Source: an uncultured virus (IMG/VR IMGVR_UViG_3300025277_000014) (Duplodnaviria > Heunggongvirae > Uroviricota > Caudoviricetes). From it: DNA of 64,000 nt. Below are positions 55,570 through 64,000 of this stretch, one piece after another. The notes below the pieces were generated by a model, which searched no databases, was not told the origin of the DNA, and saw only the letters and a list, made by a program, of their open reading frames with translations. The DNA is taken from IMG/VR virus record IMGVR_UViG_3300025277_000014; one strand, given 5' to 3'. Within the stretch, counting starts at the first letter, position 1. Every line of letters starts with the position of its first letter. The translations under genes and the position numbers were made by a program.

Positions 55570-56315
55570 TGAATTTTAAAAAACTAATTTATCCTATGGG
55601 ACTCGAAGAGTTTCTTTTAAAATACAACAACAATGAATCCTTTATTATAAAAGGACATAAAGACAAATTTTCTAATTTAATTACTTTGGAGGAAATAGAA
55701 TCTACCATTAATAATGGTTGTAATATTAATTCCCCCATGCAAATTATTAAAGATGGCGTCCGACACTATTATATCCAACAAAATTTAAAATGGAGTCAAG
55801 TGGCGCTTCAGAAGTCTGTTATAAAAAAATTACTTGAAGAAAAACATAGTTTTATGATGATGAATCAAACACAAATCAATAAAAAAGTATCTGAACTCAT
55901 AGACACAATTGAATCTACTTTCACTAATTCTCATGCAGATCTACACTTGTATATTTCACCAAAAACGGCATCAACAGGATATGATGCCCATCGAGATCGT
56001 CCGCAGCATAAAATTTATATGCAAATAATAGGTATGACCCATTGGAAAATATATAAAATAATAAAAGAAATGCTAGAGGAGACAATAGCTTTTGAAGAAA
56101 AAGATGAAAAAGTGTATCTAGAGGAAGAAAAGAATTTTACTCTTGAACCAGGGGATCTGCTCTATATGCCTTCAGGAACATTCCATAAAGTGAGGAATGA
56201 AGAGGGTCCGCGAGTCTCGTTCAGCATTCCTTTCGTAATAGAAGAGAAAAAGAGTGAATATATGGATAGAACATATATTCCCTTTAAAGAACTTTTTGAC
56301 ACCTCTAGGGAATGA
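55569..56315 (+). CDS. JmjC/cupin-4 (YcfD-like) oxygenase
   Basis: LYISP...GYDAHRD...QIIG..HW...LEPGDLLYMPSGTFH. Confidence 0.85.
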   Translation: MNFKKLIYPMGLEEFLLKYNNNESFIIKGHKDKFSNLITLEEIESTINNGCNINSPMQIIKDGVRHYYIQQNLKWSQVALQKSVIKKLLEEKHSFMMMNQTQINKKVSELIDTIESTFTNSHADLHLYISPKTASTGYDAHRDRPQHKIYMQIIGMTHWKIYKIIKEMLEETIAFEEKDEKVYLEEEKNFTLEPGDLLYMPSGTFHKVRNEEGPRVSFSIPFVIEEKKSEYMDRTYIPFKELFDTSRE

Positions 56316-56854
56316 AAAATAAATATATATATGTCAAAAACATGCTGTCCATGGATTTGGTAGAATACATCTCTACTTGGCATTTAAAAAACTATGAAAA
56401 AACAGCCAAAGATAGTCAAGTTCCTCTCGCTTTTTCAATTCATTCCAAGGACTCAGAAATTTATTATCATTTACTTCATCATTTACTCCCCATTATGGAA
56501 AAAGAAACTAATTTAAAGTTAAAGCCTATATACAGTTATAGCAGAATTTATTTAGGTGGCGCCGAATTAAAAAAACATACCGACAGACAGGCTTGTGAAA
56601 TAAGCGCTTCTATAACTTTAAAATATTTTTACCATAATAAAGAATATCAATGGCCTCTTTGCATGGAAAATATACCCATAAATATTAAGTCAGGTGACGG
56701 GGTTATTTATAAAGGAGAGGAGATAGAGCATTGGAGGCCTATTTTTCAACAGCCAAAAAAATATTGGCATCATCAAGTTTTCGTGCATTATGTTGATTTA
56801 AATGGTCCTTATTCTGATGAGAAAGAGGAAGTTAATGTCAAAAGTATTTGTTAA
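56312..56854 (+). CDS. 2OG-Fe(II) oxygenase
   Basis: YSRIY...LKKHTDR..CEIS...HWR...QVFVHYV. Confidence 0.82.
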   Translation: MKNKYIYVKNMLSMDLVEYISTWHLKNYEKTAKDSQVPLAFSIHSKDSEIYYHLLHHLLPIMEKETNLKLKPIYSYSRIYLGGAELKKHTDRQACEISASITLKYFYHNKEYQWPLCMENIPINIKSGDGVIYKGEEIEHWRPIFQQPKKYWHHQVFVHYVDLNGPYSDEKEEVNVKSIC

Positions 56855-57353
56855 AGAAAATTTTTTTCCATTAGAGATTTATAATTTTATTGTGAAAGAA
56901 ATACTATCTGTTGAATATAAACCTCCTCCTAAAGAGTCAAGAGAACAGTATCAAGGTAATTACTGGAATACTCATTATTTACCAAAAGGATGCGAGCTGC
57001 AAACAAAAATGAAAGAACTTGTCGCAGAACATTTTTATTTTGATGATTTTAGTTATATAGATTCTTGCTACACAATGGTGGGAGCAGCAGATAAACCTAG
57101 ACCTCACATCGATCAGTCAATAGGAGCAACTCATCAACTTTTAATTTACATGCATGGCGAAGAATCTAGAAACAACGGAACAGGTTTTTATCATGTTACC
57201 GATGATGATCAATTAGAATTAAGTTATCATGTGGGTTTTAAAAAAAACAGAGCAGTTTTTTGGACCTCTGATATATATCATGCTCCTCTTCAATGGGCTG
57301 GAGGTGGTTCTTTTAGATACTCTATTGCTAGTTTTTTAAAAAAATCAAGTTAA
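56835..57353 (+). CDS. 2OG-Fe(II) oxygenase
   Basis: PHID...GTGFY...NRAVFW...YH...R; start revised to MSKVFV. Confidence 0.8.
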   Translation: MSKVFVKENFFPLEIYNFIVKEILSVEYKPPPKESREQYQGNYWNTHYLPKGCELQTKMKELVAEHFYFDDFSYIDSCYTMVGAADKPRPHIDQSIGATHQLLIYMHGEESRNNGTGFYHVTDDDQLELSYHVGFKKNRAVFWTSDIYHAPLQWAGGGSFRYSIASFLKKSS

Positions 57354-57784
57354 GAATAGTTAGGATCGTAATCAATCCAAGTTTTATTCCAATCCCAAGC
57401 CAAAGGCGCTTCAACGTCGTTAAAAGTTTCTATTGAGTTTCCCGCATCCACCCAGGCAATTCCCGCATTTTCAAAAGCATTATCATAGTCCATTACAGCT
57501 TCGAGAATCTGGCTTTTTCTTGTTTCACTCCAAGTTAATAATTCTTGAATTGTTGTGGAGCCCACGGAATCAGAGACATCTGATAACACAATATTCCCCG
57601 CCATTTCAGGGGGGTCACTGTCCGCTACCTTAGTTTGAATTTCCTTCTGTCCTGAAGTCCATAAAATATAATGAACGGTATTCTCTAGTGCAGGCATGGC
57701 GTTTCCCTTATCCGCCCATTTAATAATATAAGAATCATCTATGTTAGTATAGTCGTTATTTGATACTACAATATGAGTGGCCAT
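57350..57784 (-). CDS. Putative tail-fibre-associated protein
   Basis: Directly downstream of tail fibre gene; acidic. Confidence 0.55.
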   Translation of the reverse strand: MATHIVVSNNDYTNIDDSYIIKWADKGNAMPALENTVHYILWTSGQKEIQTKVADSDPPEMAGNIVLSDVSDSVGSTTIQELLTWSETRKSQILEAVMDYDNAFENAGIAWVDAGNSIETFNDVEAPLAWDWNKTWIDYDPNYS

Positions 57785-57793
57785 AAATATTCC

Positions 57794-58450
57794 TTAGTGT
57801 TTTATAATGTAGTTAACCACCACGTAAGGTGAAAAAGTATTGTTTCCCGCTGCCGTTACCGTTCCTGTAAGTGTAGAAGCTACTGCCACAGTACCTGTCA
57901 GTGTTCCCGCCAAGGTGTGAGCATGATTGTGCCCCGTTCCTGAACCTGAATTTTCCGTGTTCCGTGGGCTTTGCGGGTGTACGAAGCCTTCTTGTTGTCC
58001 CCCTTGTCCTGGCCCTCTTCCTGGGTCGACTGTATTTTGGAACCATATTACGTAATCATGATCATGAGAGGCTAGTTGAGCCGTGGTGAGTGATGTATTG
58101 GAAATAGATCCCGTTACCGTTACCGCTTGGTTATTGGTAACAGTATTAGTTGCCGCTTGGTTATTGGTAACAGCCACGGTTACCGTATTAGCACCGCCCG
58201 TTGCCGCTAGGTTATAAGTGTTTCCATCGTATCCTTGTGGAGTTTTACCTTGTAGTTGGGGAACATTAAAAGTTGTTGATCCGTTGCCCGCTCCATAGGT
58301 ATCTCCAAGAACCACATAAAGTTCCGCATAGGTTGTTCGTGATACAGCGGTTCCGTCGCATAATAAATATCCGCTGGGAGCCGTAGTTTTTCCCCAAGGC
58401 TTGATTGTACCTACTTCGCTTCTGTTTGTAAAATCCTGTAGATTAGTCAT
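57794..58450 (-). CDS. Short tail fibre with tail-collar domain
   Basis: VGTIKPW...PSGYLLCDG.AVSRTTYAEL...FNVP; HxH motifs; VVNYIIK C-terminus. Confidence 0.88.
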   Translation of the reverse strand: MTNLQDFTNRSEVGTIKPWGKTTAPSGYLLCDGTAVSRTTYAELYVVLGDTYGAGNGSTTFNVPQLQGKTPQGYDGNTYNLAATGGANTVTVAVTNNQAATNTVTNNQAVTVTGSISNTSLTTAQLASHDHDYVIWFQNTVDPGRGPGQGGQQEGFVHPQSPRNTENSGSGTGHNHAHTLAGTLTGTVAVASTLTGTVTAAGNNTFSPYVVVNYIIKH

Positions 58451-59180
58451 TGTACTTTAGCCTCCAACCATTTGTTGAATCGTAGTATACCAAAGAAACC
58501 CCTGCACTGTTAGTTGAAATTGTCATATCGGCTGCATCTCCTTGAACTTTTTCAGCTCCTCCATCAATAGTAATATTATTGGTTCCCGCACTTCCTGTAC
58601 CATCAATGACTTTTACTTGCATTCCAATTGTAGGAGAGGCGGGTAATGTTATTGTGACTACGTCACTTGAGCAGTCAACAAAAATATTATCGCCGTCTGA
58701 GGCTGTATAAGGGGAATCACTATCAGTTTTTTCCACCCATGCTTCGCCTAATCCAGCTAAAGAAAAAATATCGTACCAGTTGGTACCATCAGTAGAAACT
58801 AAACGGTACTTACCATTTGCAATACTCATAGTATTGCCTGTAGCTCCTAATCTGGCAGTGATAGTGGCACCACCACTAATATTATTATAAAGTCCGTAAG
58901 TTTTTTGAGTTTCTGGAAATTGAATTGTCTGAGTTGCCGAAACAGTCCCTGAGAAAAGTAATGTATTTTGTCTGGCTTGGTTGTTGGCCGCGGTATCGGG
59001 TCCGTCGGCATTGGTTAATGTTATCCCAGTTCCTGTTGTAAGAGCAGGTACTGCATATACACCAGCAATAGCGAATTCAAAAACCTGGGAAAAGTTATTG
59101 TTGGTAATGGTTCCCCATGTACCTGAATTTTCCCCTGTTACTTGTAATTCCGTTCTAAGACCAGTTGAATACGTTACCAT
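58443..59180 (-). CDS. Tail/baseplate-like structural protein
   Basis: TGENSGTWG.ITN.N N-terminus; TITLPASP C-terminal module. Confidence 0.7.
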   Translation of the reverse strand: MVTYSTGLRTELQVTGENSGTWGTITNNNFSQVFEFAIAGVYAVPALTTGTGITLTNADGPDTAANNQARQNTLLFSGTVSATQTIQFPETQKTYGLYNNISGGATITARLGATGNTMSIANGKYRLVSTDGTNWYDIFSLAGLGEAWVEKTDSDSPYTASDGDNIFVDCSSDVVTITLPASPTIGMQVKVIDGTGSAGTNNITIDGGAEKVQGDAADMTISTNSAGVSLVYYDSTNGWRLKYND

Positions 59181-59210
59181 TTAATCTCCTAATACCTTTT
59201 TTTAATGATT

Positions 59211-60329
59211 TTATGCAGCCTTGTCAACTTCTACCCAAACGGCTGTTTGCGAGTCATCCACTTCTTGCCAGAAGGTACCTCGTAATGTTCCTGTACTACT
59301 TGTAGCAGAAACCCCTGTTATTGTAAAGACAACATCTGTTTGAATATTCAAGGTTCCTGGGCTCGAAGTTAATAAATTTCCTGTAGCTGCATAGCTTGAT
59401 TCCTGCCCTGCATCCCCAATATTGGATGTCATGGCTTGGCCAGTAACGGTGATATCAAAATCCGCCGTTCCCGTTGCATCGCCTTCTGATGAAGTTAAAT
59501 CATTACCATCAACGTCCACATCAACATCAATGTTAATGGTTTCTTCCCCTAGAGAGGAAGTCAGTCCCGCCGCTGTGAGAGTAACATTACAGTCTCCCGT
59601 AATGGTGGATGATCCCAATGATCCAGTTGCCACTGTTCCCGTGGGATAAACACCTGGGCTGATGGCAATTAATGGAGCCCCTAAACTTACATCTAATTCT
59701 GGTTCACTAGCAGCTACAACCGTTATTGTTGCATCAGCCGTAATTGAGTATGTTCCAATACTTGTTGCTGCTTGAACACCTGATGGGAAGGCAAAAGGAA
59801 TCATGACTCCCGCGGTAGATGTTGCACCTTGTCCTGTTACTGTAATATCAACATCGGCACTCGCAACAGCGTCACCAGCACTTGCTGTCGCACTGACTCC
59901 CGTTAAAGCGTATTCAGTTGCTAAAGTCCCCCAAAGATTATCCCCCCATCCAATTATTGTTCCCGTATCGGCATTGTAGCCCCGTCCCCAACCAGATTGT
60001 GCCACTCCTCCCGCCGTTTCCTCTCCTAAAATAGCGGTAAGACCATTAGCCGTGGGACTAACATCCGCATTAGCGGTAGTAGTTACATCATTAGTATTGG
60101 AAGTGAGTGTCTGTGATTGTACGACAGTAACATTAGCAATGCCTTCTGCGATGGCATCACCAGCAGTAGACGTACCATAGACGCCAGTAAGCGTGATATT
60201 ACAATCACCCGTAATAGTGGGCGTTGCAGCGCTTGACGTAAGGCCGTCACCTGTCGCGGCAACGGGTGCGTACTCTCCCCACGCGCCACTGCCCCAAGTC
60301 TCTCGGCCCCATCCTTGTAGAGAGGCCAT
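59211..60329 (-). CDS. Repetitive T/G/A-rich virion fibre protein
   Basis: GWGR..WG motifs and recurring roughly 24-aa V.(V/L)TG...T...G repeats. Confidence 0.7.
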   Translation of the reverse strand: MASLQGWGRETWGSGAWGEYAPVAATGDGLTSSAATPTITGDCNITLTGVYGTSTAGDAIAEGIANVTVVQSQTLTSNTNDVTTTANADVSPTANGLTAILGEETAGGVAQSGWGRGYNADTGTIIGWGDNLWGTLATEYALTGVSATASAGDAVASADVDITVTGQGATSTAGVMIPFAFPSGVQAATSIGTYSITADATITVVAASEPELDVSLGAPLIAISPGVYPTGTVATGSLGSSTITGDCNVTLTAAGLTSSLGEETINIDVDVDVDGNDLTSSEGDATGTADFDITVTGQAMTSNIGDAGQESSYAATGNLLTSSPGTLNIQTDVVFTITGVSATSSTGTLRGTFWQEVDDSQTAVWVEVDKAA

Positions 60330-60340
60330 GATTTATTCTC

Positions 60341-60790
60341 CTATGCGATCCTTAAAATTGCAGCAGTCGCTTCAGCTGCAGGAAACGTAATTGTAAATGT
60401 TCCTGAAGTCGAAGTTTTAACTCCACCAAAATCTAAAACACAAACAGCCGCATTGGTTGTTAAACCAGTTACTGTAGAACTGTTATAAATCACGGCAGCT
60501 TGTGCAGAAATAGTCGCACTTGTGAATGAAAGATCGGGTGAAAAATCACACACAGCCGTATCAGTTGATAACACGGGAGTCACCGATGTTAATGCTCCGC
60601 CACCAGCTGAATAAGTGCCTGAGTTACTTACCTCGTCGGGTGTGTCGTAGATAGTAGTTGATTTACTTAAAGTTGCTTCACTATCAAAAAGCGCCAATTT
60701 AAAAGTGTTCCCTGTCGTTGCCGTAAAATCATGCAAAGCTTTCAGGATCTCCACTTTAAAACTGTTACAAACAGCTTGTACTATAGCCAT
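60341..60790 (-). CDS. Virion structural protein
   Basis: SFKVEIL...FKLALF...VLDFGG.KT...FTI.FP pattern; AGGAGG RBS. Confidence 0.75.
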   Translation of the reverse strand: MAIVQAVCNSFKVEILKALHDFTATTGNTFKLALFDSEATLSKSTTIYDTPDEVSNSGTYSAGGGALTSVTPVLSTDTAVCDFSPDLSFTSATISAQAAVIYNSSTVTGLTTNAAVCVLDFGGVKTSTSGTFTITFPAAEATAAILRIA

Positions 60791-60801
60791 AATAACCTCC
60801 T

Positions 60802-61455
60802 TTAGGGGTTCCTTGATTCGAGAGGGACACGAATGACGCCGTCTCTATATTCGTCCCTACGATCACGCCCCATCTCATATGTGGCAAGATTCTGTACAGA
60901 CTGATTATATTTTTTATCATATAGTTGTATCATATCTGTCGGACCTTTCAAGTATCCAAGTCCTTCTAATATACAACCATATAACAGCACGTTGGGAGCA
61001 TTTTGACTGATCCACGTGGAGGTGTTGGACGCCGATAAGTTATCAGGCATCCTTAGATATGCAAGTTCAACAGCTATGTTGGCACTTGGTGTTGGCGCAA
61101 TATAATGCGTGTCTTGATCCCAATCAGCATAATACTTAGGAGTACCCGTTGCTGTTCTATCAGGCCAATACTCTGTCATAAATGAAATATCCTTCTGTAG
61201 CAAGGTTGTTCTTACATCCGAGACAACAATTTGAAGAAATCGAGTAGCCCTCCAGTCTCCTGGAAGGGAAAGAAAAGCGTTATCTACGGTTAAATTAGCC
61301 GTATCATATTTACGGTAATAACTGAGATCCACTTCCTTAAATAATTTATTTTCAACATTCACGATGAATGTATTAATGACAGCATCCGTGAGTACATCAC
61401 TGGATGTCTCCGTGTAATTTCTTACGTTTGTTAATAAATCAGAATAATCGGTCAT
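60802..61455 (-). CDS. Head-tail adaptor-like protein
   Basis: GTPKYYA, APTP, LLYGC, RRDEYRDG. Confidence 0.65.
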   Translation of the reverse strand: MTDYSDLLTNVRNYTETSSDVLTDAVINTFIVNVENKLFKEVDLSYYRKYDTANLTVDNAFLSLPGDWRATRFLQIVVSDVRTTLLQKDISFMTEYWPDRTATGTPKYYADWDQDTHYIAPTPSANIAVELAYLRMPDNLSASNTSTWISQNAPNVLLYGCILEGLGYLKGPTDMIQLYDKKYNQSVQNLATYEMGRDRRDEYRDGVIRVPLESRNP

Positions 61456-61853
61456 GTTGTAGTCACTGTAACCTTTCCTACAAAACTATGCAACAAAGTT
61501 GGCTTATTGGGTTGTTGAACCCCTAACGGTTGCATACTTCTTACAAAGCCTGGATAAGACACCCCATTGGCGTAGTAGAGAGTGACAGCTTCTTGCAGTG
61601 TTTCAAAACTATTTACGTTTGTGCCAATTCGTCCCACATAGACTGTGGAATTGGCAACTTGAGGCATTGCATGTTGCAACGCTTCAAAATCAGTAGGATG
61701 ATTTTTAGGATCGATCTGAGCGGCTTTTGGCTCAAATTCACTGTAGTGAACCCACACTCCATTCCATTCCTGTACCATTTCAGTGTAAGGATAGGCCATC
61801 CCATCACGATCGGAAATCCTTTGAGCGAACTTACCGGTAGCGTATTTACCCAT
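61452..61853 (-). CDS. Hypothetical structural-module protein
   Basis: YATGK.A..ISDRDG...EWNG..VH.SEFEPK. Confidence 0.7.
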   Translation of the reverse strand: MGKYATGKFAQRISDRDGMAYPYTEMVQEWNGVWVHYSEFEPKAAQIDPKNHPTDFEALQHAMPQVANSTVYVGRIGTNVNSFETLQEAVTLYYANGVSYPGFVRSMQPLGVQQPNKPTLLHSFVGKVTVTTT

Positions 61854-62548
61854 TAGTTAATCCATGTTTGCCGCGGAACCACACTATAACTAGCTTTCTC
61901 CACGTCTTCATTGGCCGCGCGCTGGAACTCCTCCTCATAGAGAGGTTTAAGTAAAGCGACACGATCTGGTTGATATTTCAATGCCATATAATAAGCCAAT
62001 CCCGCAACCATGCAGGGAATGAATCGAAATGGAATTTGTGCGTTATTCGTATAGCTGCCAGCATCAAACATACGAATTAAGGCATAATAAATAAAAGTAT
62101 AGTCACTTGAAGGTTCAGGGTACAGATAAACTGTTGGATTTATTGTTCGTTCAAAATAAAACTGTGTAGGACGTCCTGATGTTGATTTTACAGTATAATT
62201 CCAATAAGTGCTTCTGCCAATTCTCGTCATCGCAAAATCATTATTACTGCTGTCGCGCATCACACAATTGGTGATGTCAATAATGGTCTGGGTGTCCCCT
62301 CCCGTGAGCAAAGTCGCTCCTGACAAGGGATTAGTGAATCCTGCTGATGCAACAGCAATTTCTTGTTTTTGAATCGTCCATAGATTAAGGCCTCTATTCG
62401 CCCAATCGGCAAACATGATGTTAAGAGAACGGCGCGCGGTTTTTATTTCATAACCAGTACGGTCTTGCAAACCGCACCGTTCAAAAGCCTCTTCTACAAT
62501 ATCATCGATTGCAAGGTCGAAACTCGCTGTGGAAGCATATGTTGGCAT
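61853..62548 (-). CDS. Tail adaptor/tubular-protein-like
   Basis: EEAFERCG...ARRSLN...WANRGLNLW...GRPTQFY. Confidence 0.7.
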   Translation of the reverse strand: MPTYASTASFDLAIDDIVEEAFERCGLQDRTGYEIKTARRSLNIMFADWANRGLNLWTIQKQEIAVASAGFTNPLSGATLLTGGDTQTIIDITNCVMRDSSNNDFAMTRIGRSTYWNYTVKSTSGRPTQFYFERTINPTVYLYPEPSSDYTFIYYALIRMFDAGSYTNNAQIPFRFIPCMVAGLAYYMALKYQPDRVALLKPLYEEEFQRAANEDVEKASYSVVPRQTWIN

Positions 62549-62551
62549 CGA

Positions 62552-62953
62552 TTACTTCGCAATCCCCATACCACGCTTGGCTATTCCGCCTCCGCGACGT
62601 CTAATTGCTCCACCTTTCTTGTAGCCTCTGTTAAGTTCACCGATGACTCGTCTTTTCTCAGCTCTTCGATTAGGGTTCATGCGTTCTGCATCAATACGAC
62701 CTACTTCCTCTAGTAAATTCCTTCTTCCTGATCCACCTGCTTGACGCTTAATTGCGCCACCATCAGCTTTAGCAATGCCTTTTCCTCTTTTAGCGATGCC
62801 TCCACCTCGTTTATTGATAACACCTTTGCCTTTGCCACTACCAAATTTTCCGTAAGATTCATCAGCGCTTGCTTTTAGTTCTTTTGCAGTGCGAGGTTTT
62901 TTAATTCTCTCCGCAACAGACTCGTCTTTACGAGCTTTATATCCTTGTGCCAT
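62552..62953 (-). CDS. Highly basic Gly-rich protein
   Basis: Repeats RGGGIAKRG; ADGG and YKKGG motifs; AGGAGG RBS. Confidence 0.75.
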   Translation of the reverse strand: MAQGYKARKDESVAERIKKPRTAKELKASADESYGKFGSGKGKGVINKRGGGIAKRGKGIAKADGGAIKRQAGGSGRRNLLEEVGRIDAERMNPNRRAEKRRVIGELNRGYKKGGAIRRRGGGIAKRGMGIAK

Positions 62954-62954
62954 A

Positions 62955-63092
62955 TTAGCCTCCTTGGCGATTATACTTCTTCCAGGATCGTCGCTTGTGC
63001 TTATTCTTCGGCTTCGACCTAGGAGATCTTCCTATACTAGTCCTTTTTTTGACGGGTGTAAAGTATGATGAACGCGTGAATATTTGAACCAC
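62955..63092 (-). CDS. 45-aa basic protein (...KKRTSIGRSPRSKPKNKHKRRSWKKYNRQGG)
   Basis: GTG start overlapping csp stop; fills the gap exactly. Confidence 0.65.
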   Translation of the reverse strand: MVQIFTRSSYFTPVKKRTSIGRSPRSKPKNKHKRRSWKKYNRQGG

Positions 63093-63295
63093 TAGCCTAC
63101 AATTTTCCTGACGTTAATTGCGTTTTCTTTCCCCTTGTTCTCCCCTATCTCGAATTCTATCTCTTCTCCTTCTGTGAGTGTGTCAATACCCGCTTTTTCC
63201 AAAGCCGATACGTGCAAAAAGACATCCTTGCCTTCTTGTTCAATAAATCCATATCCTTTGGCGGGATTAAACCATTTAATTTTTCCTGTAGTCAT
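63092..63295 (-). CDS. cspA: Cold-shock protein
   Basis: GKIKWFN..KGYGFI (RNP1), DVFLH (RNP2). Confidence 0.93.
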   Translation of the reverse strand: MTTGKIKWFNPAKGYGFIEQEGKDVFLHVSALEKAGIDTLTEGEEIEFEIGENKGKENAINVRKIVG

Positions 63296-63309
63296 TAGTT
63301 TCCTTATAG

Positions 63310-63624
63310 TTATTTATTATTCCATTTTTCCTTGGACCTAAGTGTCCATCTCTCAAATGCTTCTTTGCTTATTTCTTTCTTTATCATCTTCGCCCCTTCG
63401 GGGAGATCCGTATGTAATGTCAATATTTCCCCGTCATCACTCAATTCCACGAGTGCTGGTCCGCAGAATGCGTTCTTTGTATAATCTGTTTCCTTTTTCT
63501 TGAGTATTCTTACTTCCTTCATGCACGAAGAGAGTGATTCCATTGGAACATACTGCGTCATTCGATGCTCACTATCATTCATATTCCCGAATATGAACAT
63601 GACGATTACGCTAATTACTTCCAT
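63310..63624 (-). CDS. Hypothetical protein with hydrophobic N-terminus
   Basis: GGAGG RBS; near-copy truncated at window start. Confidence 0.75.
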   Translation of the reverse strand: MEVISVIVMFIFGNMNDSEHRMTQYVPMESLSSCMKEVRILKKKETDYTKNAFCGPALVELSDDGEILTLHTDLPEGAKMIKKEISKEAFERWTLRSKEKWNNK

Positions 63625-64000
63625 TATTAGCCTCCCTTAGTTTATCCTTGAGCTTCTCCACGTCCCCCATTAAACGTTCTATGTCCTGCTGCGCTCTCTT
63701 TATATTTACGGAATTACTCATCATTGACTCCATTTCTTCCTGCATATGCTCAAGCTGAGATGCCATAAATTCAATTAATAAATCCTGCTGACTATCCGCA
63801 GGCAGGGAACCAAGCTCTCCGCGAGGCCATTTTATGCGGAATTCCGTGTTTTTTGTGAGGTCTGACTCGGACAGTGTTACACGCGTCTCAAGAGTATTTA
63901 GCCTCTCCTGGATTCCGAAAAACGCCCAGACGCCGACGGCTGTGGCCGATAATATGGCCAAAAGGTTCCGCATAGGCATGCTGATCGCCGTTTTATCCGA
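63611..64000 (-). CDS. Membrane-anchored coiled-coil protein, 5' end beyond window; near-copy of 150..560
   Basis: Protein nearly identical to the 150..560 product. Confidence 0.8.
   Translation of the reverse strand, partial: SDKTAISMPMRNLLAILSATAVGVWAFFGIQERLNTLETRVTLSESDLTKNTEFRIKWPRGELGSLPADSQQDLLIEFMASQLEHMQEEMESMMSNSVNIKRAQQDIERLMGDVEKLKDKLREANNGSN

Noticed and set aside
1..64000. Integrase, transposase, reverse transcriptase, phage RNA polymerase or ribonucleotide reductase
   Set aside because: No ORF shows the catalytic motifs of these families on inspection.

Overview
The window holds essentially one complete, circularly permuted genome (about 63.46 kb unit) of a tailed dsDNA phage with a podovirus-like gene set. 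GcrA-like and Ros/MucR-like genes point to an alphaproteobacterial host. Gene content resembles my recollection of marine HTVC023P-type/uvMED phages, which I have not verified by search. Modules: capsid, scaffold, GroES and lysis (0.1-8.5 kb); portal, two large putative ejected proteins and TerL (8.5-17.2 kb); an early region of promoter-gene-terminator cassettes separated by an oriented dual-motif repeat array, lying between TerL and a PD-(D/E)XK nuclease plus TerS (17.3-22.3 kb); regulators and replication genes (PolA, SF1 helicase, C5 methyltransferase, primase, SNF2 helicase; 22.5-36.9 kb); putative internal virion proteins (37-46 kb); a plus-strand block with a glycosyltransferase, a tail protein and ten 2OG-Fe(II) oxygenases (46.4-57.4 kb); and tail genes plus a cold-shock protein (57.3-64 kb). 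Most notable: (1) the roughly 14-unit ACTATACTA/CAATGGAATGGA array that begins inside the nuclease gene; (2) a two-subunit C5 methyltransferase whose second subunit is nested in an alternate frame; (3) shared short peptide motifs (DIFE and xxxGG) across putative ejected proteins; (4) eleven 2OG-Fe(II) oxygenases in total, one apparently starting at ATC; (5) a candidate structured ncRNA; (6) window ends that are imperfect (about 90%) copies of each other. All functional calls are by eye from motifs and gene order; no database search was run.
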